DNA of 25,544 nucleotides from a virus. Its lineage: Duplodnaviria; Caudoviricetes. Position 1 is the stretch's first letter, and each line of letters begins with the position of its first letter. Shown here in pieces: positions 8,416-15,918 of the stretch. Both the position numbers and the translations under genes were made by a program. Location of the stretch: the IMG/VR virus record IMGVR_UViG_3300020352_000034, positions 1 through 25,544 of that record. The stretch is one strand, 5' to 3'. A model generated the notes under the pieces. It did not search any database. It saw only the letters and a list, made by a program, of their open reading frames with translations, and was not told where the DNA came from.

Positions 8416-8806
8416 TCTTTGTTTCCCAATCCTCTATTGCCTTTCTGATTGAGTCTTCTGCAAGAACACTACAGTGTAATTTTATGGGTGGTAGTTCTAG
8501 AATTTCTGCAATCTCTTTATCTTTAATAAGTTTTGCTTCTTCTATGGTTTTACCTTTGAGTAGGTCAACAAATAATGAACTACTTGCAATTGCACTTCCA
8601 CAACCATAAGTCTTAAACTTCACGTCTACTATCAACTCGTTCTCGTCAAGTTTAAGTTGCAGTTTCATCACATCTCCACAAGCAGGAGCTCCTGTCATAC
8701 CTGTTGCAACATTAGGGTCGTTGGGGTCGAATCTACCAACAGAGAATTGTTCGGGTGCATTGAGAACACCTTCAAATCTATCGATTACTTTTTGTGAATA
8801 TGCCAT
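8408..8806 (-). CDS. iscU: Fe-S cluster scaffold protein IscU
   Basis: GAPACGDVMKLQ, FKTYGCGSAIASSS, LPPIKLHCSVLAEDSI: all three Cys plus an LPPVK-like HscA motif. Confidence 0.95.
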   Translation of the reverse strand: MAYSQKVIDRFEGVLNAPEQFSVGRFDPNDPNVATGMTGAPACGDVMKLQLKLDENELIVDVKFKTYGCGSAIASSSLFVDLLKGKTIEEAKLIKDKEIAEILELPPIKLHCSVLAEDSIRKAIEDWETKSV

Positions 8807-8807
8807 A

Positions 8808-9443
8808 TTATTGTTGTGTCACCGATACTGAACAACCAGTAGTTGTTTGACAATTTTGTGTTAGTGTATATGCTTTGTTTGTTGAACCTTCTTGTAAAAG
8901 ATTCAGTGTTGTAGGATAGTTTCCTTGTAGTGTAATTTGTGCATTATGATTTCCTGAACCTTTCTGCATGATACTACTATCTGAACCTGTTGCAGTTCCA
9001 TAGAAGTAAGTGTGTGCATAATGTGAACCACTACCCGACTGGTGTAGTTCATGGTCTACTGAATTTGAGTGAATGTCTATGTTATGTGTGTGACTTCCGT
9101 TTTGATATACGTCTACTGTATTACTATCTCCCCATATGTGTCTACCATAGGTTGCACCACCAGTTTGTTCTACGTTTTCAGTATTGTTGATTCCGTCTAC
9201 GTCACCACCCCAAGACTTTCCAGGCCCCCAGTAAGAGACCCAAGAAATAGAGTTTCCATTTCCTGTTTGCAATAGATTGAATGTGTTTCCACTATGTGCA
9301 AAAGAAAACTTAATTTCATTATCATAACCTTGTTGTGTTATGTTAAGTTCAACGTCTCCACTGGATACTTGCTCAACATGGACGTGGTTATCCCCAGCCC
9401 ATGTTAGAGGTGTCAATAAAATTAATAATAAAATTCTTTTCAT
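8808..9443 (-). CDS. Curlin-like secreted beta-solenoid protein (His-rich)
   Basis: Signal peptide MKRILLLILLTPLTWA; repeated Q-x-G-x-x-N/H units (QQGYDN, QTGNGN, QNGSH, QSGSGSH, QKGSGNH, QEGSTN); start coupled by TAATG at 9443. Confidence 0.75.
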   Translation of the reverse strand: MKRILLLILLTPLTWAGDNHVHVEQVSSGDVELNITQQGYDNEIKFSFAHSGNTFNLLQTGNGNSISWVSYWGPGKSWGGDVDGINNTENVEQTGGATYGRHIWGDSNTVDVYQNGSHTHNIDIHSNSVDHELHQSGSGSHYAHTYFYGTATGSDSSIMQKGSGNHNAQITLQGNYPTTLNLLQEGSTNKAYTLTQNCQTTTGCSVSVTQQ

Positions 9444-9592
9444 TAGATAATCCATAAAAATAATAATGTAATTATTACTCCTTTACTAAATGATAACCAT
9501 AACATATGGTAATCGTCAAGTCTCATTGCATCTTGAAATCCAGTTATCTGAAGTTCATGCCAATCACGAAGTTTTTCTAACATACTATTCAT
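9443..9592 (-). CDS. Small membrane protein (49 aa)
   Basis: Hand-translated MNSMLEKLRDWHELQITGFQDAMRLDDYHMLWLSFSKGVIITLLFLWII; AGGAG RBS; stop overlaps the next ATG. Confidence 0.7.
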   Translation of the reverse strand: MNSMLEKLRDWHELQITGFQDAMRLDDYHMLWLSFSKGVIITLLFLWII

Positions 9593-9601
9593 ATAATTCT
9601 C

Positions 9602-10738
9602 CTAGTTTGTTTGTGTGACAGTTATATTTATAGACGAACCATCACCCACTTTAATTAGTGAACCTTTTTCGTCTGTAGTGGTTCTAATCGTTGCTTGTGC
9701 AAAGATTGGAAGTTTAATGGAGATAATCCCTTGAACTTCTCTGTAGAACCAAATTTGACCAAGACCCTTGTCAACAATTGTATTGTATTGAGTGTCTTTG
9801 TCAAACCCAAATGCAGTTCCTTCTATTCTTGCAACTCCGAAAGGGTCTCCCCTTCTTTCTGCATCGATACCAACCTTTCGGTCAATCTCCAAAACTACAT
9901 CTAGTAAATCTTGTAAGAAATCGACATCTAATAAGTCTCTGTCGAGTTCTGTATATTCCAACTCATCGTCTTCAAAATAATCTTCTTCTAAATCATTGAA
10001 CTCTAAAAAGTCCACGTCTAGAATGTTGCTACTATCATTTTCGTTGTTAGACGATTCTTCTGCAACTTGTTCTTGCACCTCTTCGGGTGGATTCACAATA
10101 AACATATTGTCAATCATACTTGCATCAATTCCATTCACTGTCACTGGTTTAGTAGGTGAATCGTCAAAAGAAGATACCATTGTCGCTTGGTATGCTTCTT
10201 CTAGTGTCACACTTCCACCAGCATTACTTACAATAATCTTACCCGAAGGATTACCAAATTCATCAGGCAAAAGTATAACAAGTGACCTTCCGATTTCATC
10301 AATACTGGTAGTGAAATCTGTTCCAACCACAGCAATTTGTGCTGTAGGTGTGGACACTTTAATATTACTTTTCTTTATCTTACCACCGAATCCCGAAGCA
10401 AATCGAGCAGTGCCTTGTGCCATTCGTATGGCCATTTTGGACTTGGATGGGTCGGGGTCGTAATAAACCTCGTCTATCCAAACCTTGGTATGTTCTGTCA
10501 AATCCAGTTCTTGGTCACCCTTAAACTGAATCTTCATTCTACCATTTTGAGTCTTTGCTGTATCATACATTAAGACTTCGGGTTCAGTATTTGCACTGAC
10601 AACAGAAGACTCTCCGTCTCTCTGAAGTCCTGCTGAACCCTTATATTCTACAATCTCACCTATCGGTTCACCTGAAAGTGAACCAATAAGTAAAAGATTA
10701 ATCGTTAGAGTCTTTCTGAACGATGTCAATATCTGCAT
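9602..10738 (-). CDS. FecR-domain periplasmic protein with acidic linker
   Basis: IGEIVEYKGSA...DTAKTQNGRMKIQF...LDLTEHTKVWID...VSTPTAQIAVVGTDF FecR signature; D/E-rich middle region; start approximate. Confidence 0.82.
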   Translation of the reverse strand: MQILTSFRKTLTINLLLIGSLSGEPIGEIVEYKGSAGLQRDGESSVVSANTEPEVLMYDTAKTQNGRMKIQFKGDQELDLTEHTKVWIDEVYYDPDPSKSKMAIRMAQGTARFASGFGGKIKKSNIKVSTPTAQIAVVGTDFTTSIDEIGRSLVILLPDEFGNPSGKIIVSNAGGSVTLEEAYQATMVSSFDDSPTKPVTVNGIDASMIDNMFIVNPPEEVQEQVAEESSNNENDSSNILDVDFLEFNDLEEDYFEDDELEYTELDRDLLDVDFLQDLLDVVLEIDRKVGIDAERRGDPFGVARIEGTAFGFDKDTQYNTIVDKGLGQIWFYREVQGIISIKLPIFAQATIRTTTDEKGSLIKVGDGSSINITVTQTN

Positions 10739-11426
10739 TAGAAGTCACGAAAGACACATCAATAATACCACTACACAATGAACCACTTGGACAACCAGCA
10801 TCTGAACCACTCTTCTGAATGATGTCGATGTCGTTTGTTGAACCAGTTAGAACTGCAGTGATTTTGTTATCAGATGCATCAGCTTGGATTGTGTTGATAT
10901 CATTTGATGAACCATTAACAGTCCAGTTCCAAACTGCATTATCACTATCTATTTTAGTAGTGAATACGTTTGATGAACCATCTAAGTCTAAGTCCCAGTT
11001 AAGATATTCTGCAGATGCATCATATCCGATATCAATATCGAATGTGTTTGATGAACCATCTATTGTTCCTAACATATTTAAATAATCAGCACTACCAACA
11101 TATCCTACATTCCAGTCCATTGAGTTTGAATCACCAGTAAAAGTTAAATCTACTGTAGCATTATCTGCAATGAATGGGCCGTATAATTTATTTGAGTCTC
11201 CGTCCTGTAATAGTGTTAAACTATTAGTTGCACCAGTCAAAATCATATCAATCGATGAACTTGAAAAATCATCTCCACCAAGTTTGTTTGCATAACCTTT
11301 TTGAGTTATGTTCAAAGTTAAGTTGTCACCTGACTGTTGTATAAAAATCTCGTTATCATCTGCAGCTGCAGATACGAAACCAGTTAACCCTAATGATAAA
11401 CATAATAAAAGAAGTTTATTCTTCAT
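10698..11426 (-). CDS. Curlin-like (CsgA/CsgB-type) secreted repeat protein
   Basis: Signal peptide; ~23-28 aa repeats ending in G-x-S-N (QDGDSN, TGDSN, DGSSN, DGSSN, NGSSN, TGSTN); directly after csgG. Confidence 0.75.
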   Translation of the reverse strand: MKNKLLLLCLSLGLTGFVSAAADDNEIFIQQSGDNLTLNITQKGYANKLGGDDFSSSSIDMILTGATNSLTLLQDGDSNKLYGPFIADNATVDLTFTGDSNSMDWNVGYVGSADYLNMLGTIDGSSNTFDIDIGYDASAEYLNWDLDLDGSSNVFTTKIDSDNAVWNWTVNGSSNDINTIQADASDNKITAVLTGSTNDIDIIQKSGSDAGCPSGSLCSGIIDVSFVTSNADIDIVQKDSND

Positions 11427-12300
11427 TTGTTTTTTCCTCTATTTCCCAAAAACCTCTATCGTGTCCTTGGTATATTAATTCTAAGACAGCAAGTTCGATT
11501 GCAGAACGAGTCGCTTTTGTGACTCCTTCATTCTCTGCTACACCATCTTCTATTTCAACAAGTTGTGTATCCATATCCACAAACTTGAAAACATCATAAC
11601 CACCACCAACTGACAATATTGTCTTGGTAGTCTGCACATTAAGTAAAATTTCACCTGTAAGTGTTGAGATTCCTCTTAAACTTACAGTCACTATATCTCT
11701 TCTATATGAACGTGATGTTCCTACACCAAGTGTTCTTGCACCTCGTCCACCACTTTCAATGTTAGTGTCATAACCAATTATCCCACCATCAAGTAGGATA
11801 CCAGCAAATAAGAGAGGTTGGATTCCTGTTGGGGAATCTTCATTACCTTCTTGATTTGCAAAATCTTCTCTTGCACTTCGTATGATTTGTCTCTCTCTTA
11901 CAAGTGCATCTAAATTTGTTCTCTCTACTACTCTAAACCATTTACCATTTCCAGCAGTCTTCAATGCATCAATCAAAAATGATTCTGCACCTTGGGTGAC
12001 TGCAGTTGAGAATGATGCAACTCCGTCCATTCTCTTCCTTTGTCCTGTCTTATCTATATAAGAATACACTGCAACAATAGGCATTGTCTCAGCAGGTGGT
12101 AAGTCTGCAAGTTCTTGATAGGTTGGTATCTTCACAACCTCTGCATTTTCAACACAAGTAAATGGTATTGCCTTTTCAACAAGAGTCTTAACATCTACAA
12201 TGTTTGGGTCACAATTACTTGAATCTCTATTCATAGTGGGAACACTTGCACAACTACTGGCAAGTAAGACTGCAAGTCCCACTGATAAAAAATTCTTCAT
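11416..12300 (-). CDS. csgG: Curli secretion channel CsgG (outer membrane lipoprotein)
   Basis: Lipobox LASSC; VAVYSYIDKTGQRK, FSTAVTQGA, WFRVVERTNLDALVRERQIIR, GGIIGYDTNIESGGRGA, YRRDIVTVSLR. Confidence 0.93.
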   Translation of the reverse strand: MKNFLSVGLAVLLASSCASVPTMNRDSSNCDPNIVDVKTLVEKAIPFTCVENAEVVKIPTYQELADLPPAETMPIVAVYSYIDKTGQRKRMDGVASFSTAVTQGAESFLIDALKTAGNGKWFRVVERTNLDALVRERQIIRSAREDFANQEGNEDSPTGIQPLLFAGILLDGGIIGYDTNIESGGRGARTLGVGTSRSYRRDIVTVSLRGISTLTGEILLNVQTTKTILSVGGGYDVFKFVDMDTQLVEIEDGVAENEGVTKATRSAIELAVLELIYQGHDRGFWEIEEKTNEE

Positions 12301-12753
12301 TTAAAAACTTCCAGTTCCTACTGGTATATCTAAAGTTGTTGTCGTTCCGTCTTGTGATACAATTGTCAATCTAATAAATTCTGCACCATCTTCTCCAACC
12401 AATTTTTCGTATGTGACTGTATTCCCTTCTATTGAGAAAACACCATATGATGCAGCTTCTCCATTAGAGAACATATTTTCTACTAACTGTTTTGCTATCT
12501 GAGCGTAGATTCTACTTTCGACATTTCTTAAAAATTTTGCAAGGGTAGTGTTATCTGCTTCCCTTTCTGCTTTTGCAATTCTATCTTCTATGTCTTGTGC
12601 TATCTTATCACGTCTTGATTTCTCTTGGTTCTCAATCGTAAGATAATGTGAACTCTGTCCTATTCCACTGAAGGAAGGACTTTTGAATTTGTGTACTATT
12701 TCGTCAGCACTAACACTGGTCGAGAATAGTAGTATCAATAATATCTTTTTCAT
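12301..12753 (-). CDS. csgF: Curli assembly protein CsgF
   Basis: Signal peptide then EIVHKFKSPSFSG (cf. the CsgF N-terminus F.F.NP.FGG); C-terminal TIVSQDGTTTTLDIP; immediately upstream of csgG. Confidence 0.85.
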   Translation of the reverse strand: MKKILLILLFSTSVSADEIVHKFKSPSFSGIGQSSHYLTIENQEKSRRDKIAQDIEDRIAKAEREADNTTLAKFLRNVESRIYAQIAKQLVENMFSNGEAASYGVFSIEGNTVTYEKLVGEDGAEFIRLTIVSQDGTTTTLDIPVGTGSF

Positions 12754-13555
12754 ATACATTTACCGTTTCTATTATATTAATCCCTTTATCAAAGTTCCTA
12801 ATATCAGTCTTCCATTTATTACTTGACCATGGTGATTGTTTACCTGGCCAATAACATGTCTCACACCTATCTAAAGGTTCTTCACGATGTACATAATTAT
12901 CAATATCTTTTGCATTAGACCAATCAACACCTTCAATCCTTTCGTTCATAGTGATGGTGCAACGATATACACCTTCTTTTGATAATGATTTACAACTATT
13001 TTTTTGATAACAATTATTCCAATTGTCCCAAATACTATAATCCATACCATCTATCTTCTCACCAAAACGAACAAATGAATCCTGTTCCCAATAGTCTACT
13101 TTTGTGTTTGTAGATAATCGGTCGTTCAATCCACTTCGTCTCATTGATTCTCTTATATCGCCTAATTGTTTATAAACTGATATAATGATTCTATCATAAC
13201 TTTTGAGAATATCTATAATCTCACTAGTTATGTTTAGTCCATTGGTCACAATGGCTAGTGTTTCATAACACTCTTTATTTTCTCTAAGGTACTCTGTAAT
13301 TTCTTTAAGTTCCTTGTGTGTTGTAGGTTCTCCACCTAGAACTTTAAGTTCTTCAACACATAAATCTAATCGGTTAAAGTTTTCTACAATGTCTTTTACA
13401 TCGTCTAACTTTAAGTAGGGTATTGTTATCTTACCCTTAGTATCATAATCTCCACCGTAATCTAAAACACTACAACCAGTGCAGTGTAAATTACAAGCGT
13501 TAGTTATGTATAAATCATAACTACCTTTTAGTAGTTTTCTTTTTTTCATTTTCAC
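12710..13555 (-). CDS. Radical SAM protein with Cys-containing C-terminal (twitch/SPASM-like) region
   Basis: CNLHCTGC (CxxxCxxC), LGGEPT, VTNG; later NCYQKNSC, YRC and RCETC. Confidence 0.88.
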   Translation of the reverse strand: MKMKKRKLLKGSYDLYITNACNLHCTGCSVLDYGGDYDTKGKITIPYLKLDDVKDIVENFNRLDLCVEELKVLGGEPTTHKELKEITEYLRENKECYETLAIVTNGLNITSEIIDILKSYDRIIISVYKQLGDIRESMRRSGLNDRLSTNTKVDYWEQDSFVRFGEKIDGMDYSIWDNWNNCYQKNSCKSLSKEGVYRCTITMNERIEGVDWSNAKDIDNYVHREEPLDRCETCYWPGKQSPWSSNKWKTDIRNFDKGINIIETVNVYEKDIIDTTILDQC

Positions 13556-13790
13556 GGTATTCTAAAACAACATCAACCTTTTCTTTTAATCTAATTAAAT
13601 CTTGGTCTAACATTCTAGTTTGGTCTATGACTCTAATCAATGCAAAATGCATTTTCTCTATTTCGGGGTCTATGTGTTCACTAATAAAGTTCCACACAAA
13701 GTATACAAAATAACCTAGTCCAACCATCATAACAACTGGAAACCCATAATCAGTGATTAGTTCTACAATCATTGGGACTTCTTGTTCCAT
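13521..13790 (-). CDS. Single-TM plus coiled-coil membrane protein
   Basis: LITDYGFPVVMMVGLGYFVYFVW followed by an amphipathic helix; resembles 13790-14086. Confidence 0.75.
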   Translation of the reverse strand: MEQEVPMIVELITDYGFPVVMMVGLGYFVYFVWNFISEHIDPEIEKMHFALIRVIDQTRMLDQDLIRLKEKVDVVLEYRENEKKKTTKR

Positions 13791-14086
13791 TAATCCCTCC
13801 TCACATCAAGTTTACCATCTTCTATAAAATTTTCTGCACGTGCAACTCTATCTATATCAGGCCTTAATTCTAAAGCACTTGACACTAACATGTCAATCTT
13901 AATCATTTCATTTGACATTGTTCTTGCACGATTCTCTAAAGATTCGCAAAACATTGTTAGGGTTTTGATACTATCTACTATCCCTTCCATGATTTGTCTG
14001 ATTATAAGAAAGATGAATACACCCATGACTAATGCCATTGCAATTGGAACACCCACATCACCTATCAAATCAAATATTGCTTCCAT
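13790..14086 (-). CDS. Single-TM plus coiled-coil membrane protein
   Basis: LIGDVGVPIAMALVMGVFIFLII followed by a helical region; first gene after the late promoter. Confidence 0.75.
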   Translation of the reverse strand: MEAIFDLIGDVGVPIAMALVMGVFIFLIIRQIMEGIVDSIKTLTMFCESLENRARTMSNEMIKIDMLVSSALELRPDIDRVARAENFIEDGKLDVRRD

Positions 14087-14091
14087 ACCCT

Positions 14092-14099
14092 TATTTATA
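14092..14099 (-). promoter_or_regulatory. T4 gp55-type late promoter heading the curli/cyclase operon
   Basis: Exact TATAAATA, 5 nt before the ATG at 14086, right after a terminator. Confidence 0.75.
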
Positions 14100-14100
14100 T

Positions 14101-14129
14101 AAAAAAAGGGTGCATTTCTGCACCCTTTT
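14101..14129 (-). terminator. Rho-independent terminator
   Basis: AAAAGGGTGCA-GAAA-TGCACCC-TTTTTTT on the minus strand. Confidence 0.9.
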
Positions 14130-14147
14130 ACGAACTAATAATTAAAG

Positions 14148-14390
14148 TTATTTAACAGATGATATCTGTTTTATCACTTCAGCTTTAGTGCCAGATTTCT
14201 TAACCTTAATCTGTTTCTTCTCTGCAAGGTCAAAAAGTTGATTTTTTGTTAACTTTTTAAGTTGTGCAGTAGTAGGAACATCTGATTTAGGTTTGGAAAC
14301 TGTAGTTTTACTTACAACTTTTTCTTCCTTCCCGTTAAGAAAGTAGATAAGAACTGCAAGTCCAACTATTACTAGTATTGCGTATTCCAT
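14148..14390 (-). CDS. Membrane-anchored protein with Rho_N/HeH-like helical domain
   Basis: N-terminal TM; C-terminal LKKLTKNQLFDLAEKKQIKVKKSGTKAEVIKQI; AGGAG RBS. Confidence 0.7.
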   Translation of the reverse strand: MEYAILVIVGLAVLIYFLNGKEEKVVSKTTVSKPKSDVPTTAQLKKLTKNQLFDLAEKKQIKVKKSGTKAEVIKQISSVK

Positions 14391-14403
14391 AATTTTCTCC
14401 TAT

Positions 14404-14610
14404 TTATTTATCCAATAATGGATTTTTATCTTTTGCTTTGCCTATTGCAAGCGCCAAGATTTCTAAGTATTTATACACCTTAGCCCATACCTTATCGTCG
14501 GCTGGTGTTGGTGTCATTGCTACTATGACTGAACAAATTGATATTACAACTGGTACAATCATTAATAAATTCCAAATTCCCATAACAAAGTCTATAATGC
14601 CTGAAAACAT
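14404..14610 (-). CDS. Small membrane protein
   Basis: 68 aa, hydrophobic, TPTPADD..W.K.YK.LE.LAL motif; AAGGAG RBS. Confidence 0.7.
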   Translation of the reverse strand: MFSGIIDFVMGIWNLLMIVPVVISICSVIVAMTPTPADDKVWAKVYKYLEILALAIGKAKDKNPLLDK

Positions 14611-14643
14611 ATAAATCTCCTTTGATGTTATTTAACCTTATAT

Positions 14644-15054
14644 TTAGGTATTTGTACTACCAATTGAGTATTTAGTGGTTAGTTTCCAGTCCTTTTTATC
14701 TTTGTATGGTATGATTTTAACTTGTGATAAGGGTACTGTAGGGGTTTCTATTGTAGTTGGCACTACAACAGTTAATAGTTTCCATTGTTGTAAAAGATTA
14801 CATATAGTGTTTCTTCTACCCAAGTCACTCTCTTCTATAGTTGTCGGTTTACCGTCTAACTGGAATAACTCTTTAAAATGGACTATGTAGTATTTACCTC
14901 TTTTGTGTAATATGTGACATGATTGAAATAATTCTTGCTCACGTCTTGAGGCAATACCGATTCTTGATAGGGTTTCTCTTATTTTTAGAAAGTCGTCTCG
15001 TTCTGCGAAGGTCACTTCAACTAACTTTTCGACTAATTGGTCTTGGTCATTCAT
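14644..15054 (-). CDS. regA: Translational repressor RegA
   Basis: DDFLKIRETLSRIGIAS, LFQSCHILHKRGKYYIVHFKELF; T4 synteny 45-44-62-regA. Confidence 0.96.
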   Translation of the reverse strand: MNDQDQLVEKLVEVTFAERDDFLKIRETLSRIGIASRREQELFQSCHILHKRGKYYIVHFKELFQLDGKPTTIEESDLGRRNTICNLLQQWKLLTVVVPTTIETPTVPLSQVKIIPYKDKKDWKLTTKYSIGSTNT

Positions 15055-15439
15055 TATCTTTTCCACCAGTTTTCATTCTTTTTTTCATGTTTCGGACATC
15101 ACTATCTGATAATACACTCATGTAGTCTTTAGCTTCTTTTGTACTTATCTCGTAGTATTGTTTTATGACATCAAGTTTTTTACTCGTGTATGGTTTTTGC
15201 CATTTAGAGAACCTTTGTCTTTTCCTTAAAGTATTTAGGAAAAAAAGGTATTGAAGACGGTTTTCCGTACCGTGCCTGATGTTCATTTCATTAGAAAAAA
15301 AGACTGAATCTTGGTGATAAGATAAAGCCTTGTTAGTTAGAAATGGTGCATATGATTTCTCTTCGATTTCGTCAAACATAATATTCTTCTTATCAGAAGA
15401 AACGGATTTTACAAAATCAAAGGGATTTGTTTTAGACAT
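15047..15439 (-). CDS. gp62: Clamp loader small subunit gp62
   Basis: NPFDFVKS, YAPFLTNKALS, LQYLFFLNTLRKRQRFSKW; synteny. Confidence 0.92.
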   Translation of the reverse strand: MSKTNPFDFVKSVSSDKKNIMFDEIEEKSYAPFLTNKALSYHQDSVFFSNEMNIRHGTENRLQYLFFLNTLRKRQRFSKWQKPYTSKKLDVIKQYYEISTKEAKDYMSVLSDSDVRNMKKRMKTGGKDNE

Positions 15440-15711
15440 TATGTAGATTTTACAAATGCATCTATAAGGTCTTGTCCACTAAGAGCGTGACCAAACATCA
15501 CAATCTCATCGTTGTCTAGAGTCCGTTTTACCGAAGAATCGTTGTATTCAACGTCTAAGACATTCCTAGACCCCTTTTCAGTGTCTTCGGGTCGTGTATC
15601 GTAGTGCATAGAATCTATTGAATGTGCATGTACGGATTTAACACCTTTTGCCCATTTTTCTGCTTCTAGTAAAAGTCTTTGTGCCTCTACGGTTTCGTTA
15701 TATTGTGTCAT
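15439..15711 (-). CDS. Hypothetical protein
   Basis: 90 aa, GGAG RBS, coupled to both neighbours. Confidence 0.7.
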   Translation of the reverse strand: MTQYNETVEAQRLLLEAEKWAKGVKSVHAHSIDSMHYDTRPEDTEKGSRNVLDVEYNDSSVKRTLDNDEIVMFGHALSGQDLIDAFVKST

Positions 15712-15833
15712 GTATTATCTCCATCTCTATATTCTACACTATGTTTTGCAAACAGTTTATCTGCATTTCTTTGGAGTGATTTTTCAATTTGTTTATCCAT
15801 CCACTTTCTAAACCATTGTCTCAACTTACCCAT
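15708..15833 (-). CDS. Small hypothetical protein (41 aa)
   Basis: Hand-translated MGKLRQWFRKWMDKQIEKSLQRNADKLFAKHSVEYRDGDNT; ATGA overlap with the next gene. Confidence 0.6.
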   Translation of the reverse strand: MGKLRQWFRKWMDKQIEKSLQRNADKLFAKHSVEYRDGDNT

Positions 15834-15918
15834 TATGTTTTACATACTCCTTTATCACACGAAGTCCTACTGACAACCATGTAATTACTATTAGACTCCA
15901 TACTAATAGTTCAATCAC
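15826..15918 (-). CDS. Small membrane peptide (30 aa)
   Basis: GTG start overlapping the gp44 stop (GTGA): MIELLVWSLIVITWLSVGLRVIKEYVKHNG. Confidence 0.5.
   Translation of the reverse strand: MIELLVWSLIVITWLSVGLRVIKEYVKHNG

Noticed and set aside
6273-14086. Curli region as host DNA or a chimeric assembly
   Set aside because: It is flanked by T4 core genes on the same strand, has phage late promoters at both ends and shares the GATC avoidance; read mapping would be the definitive check
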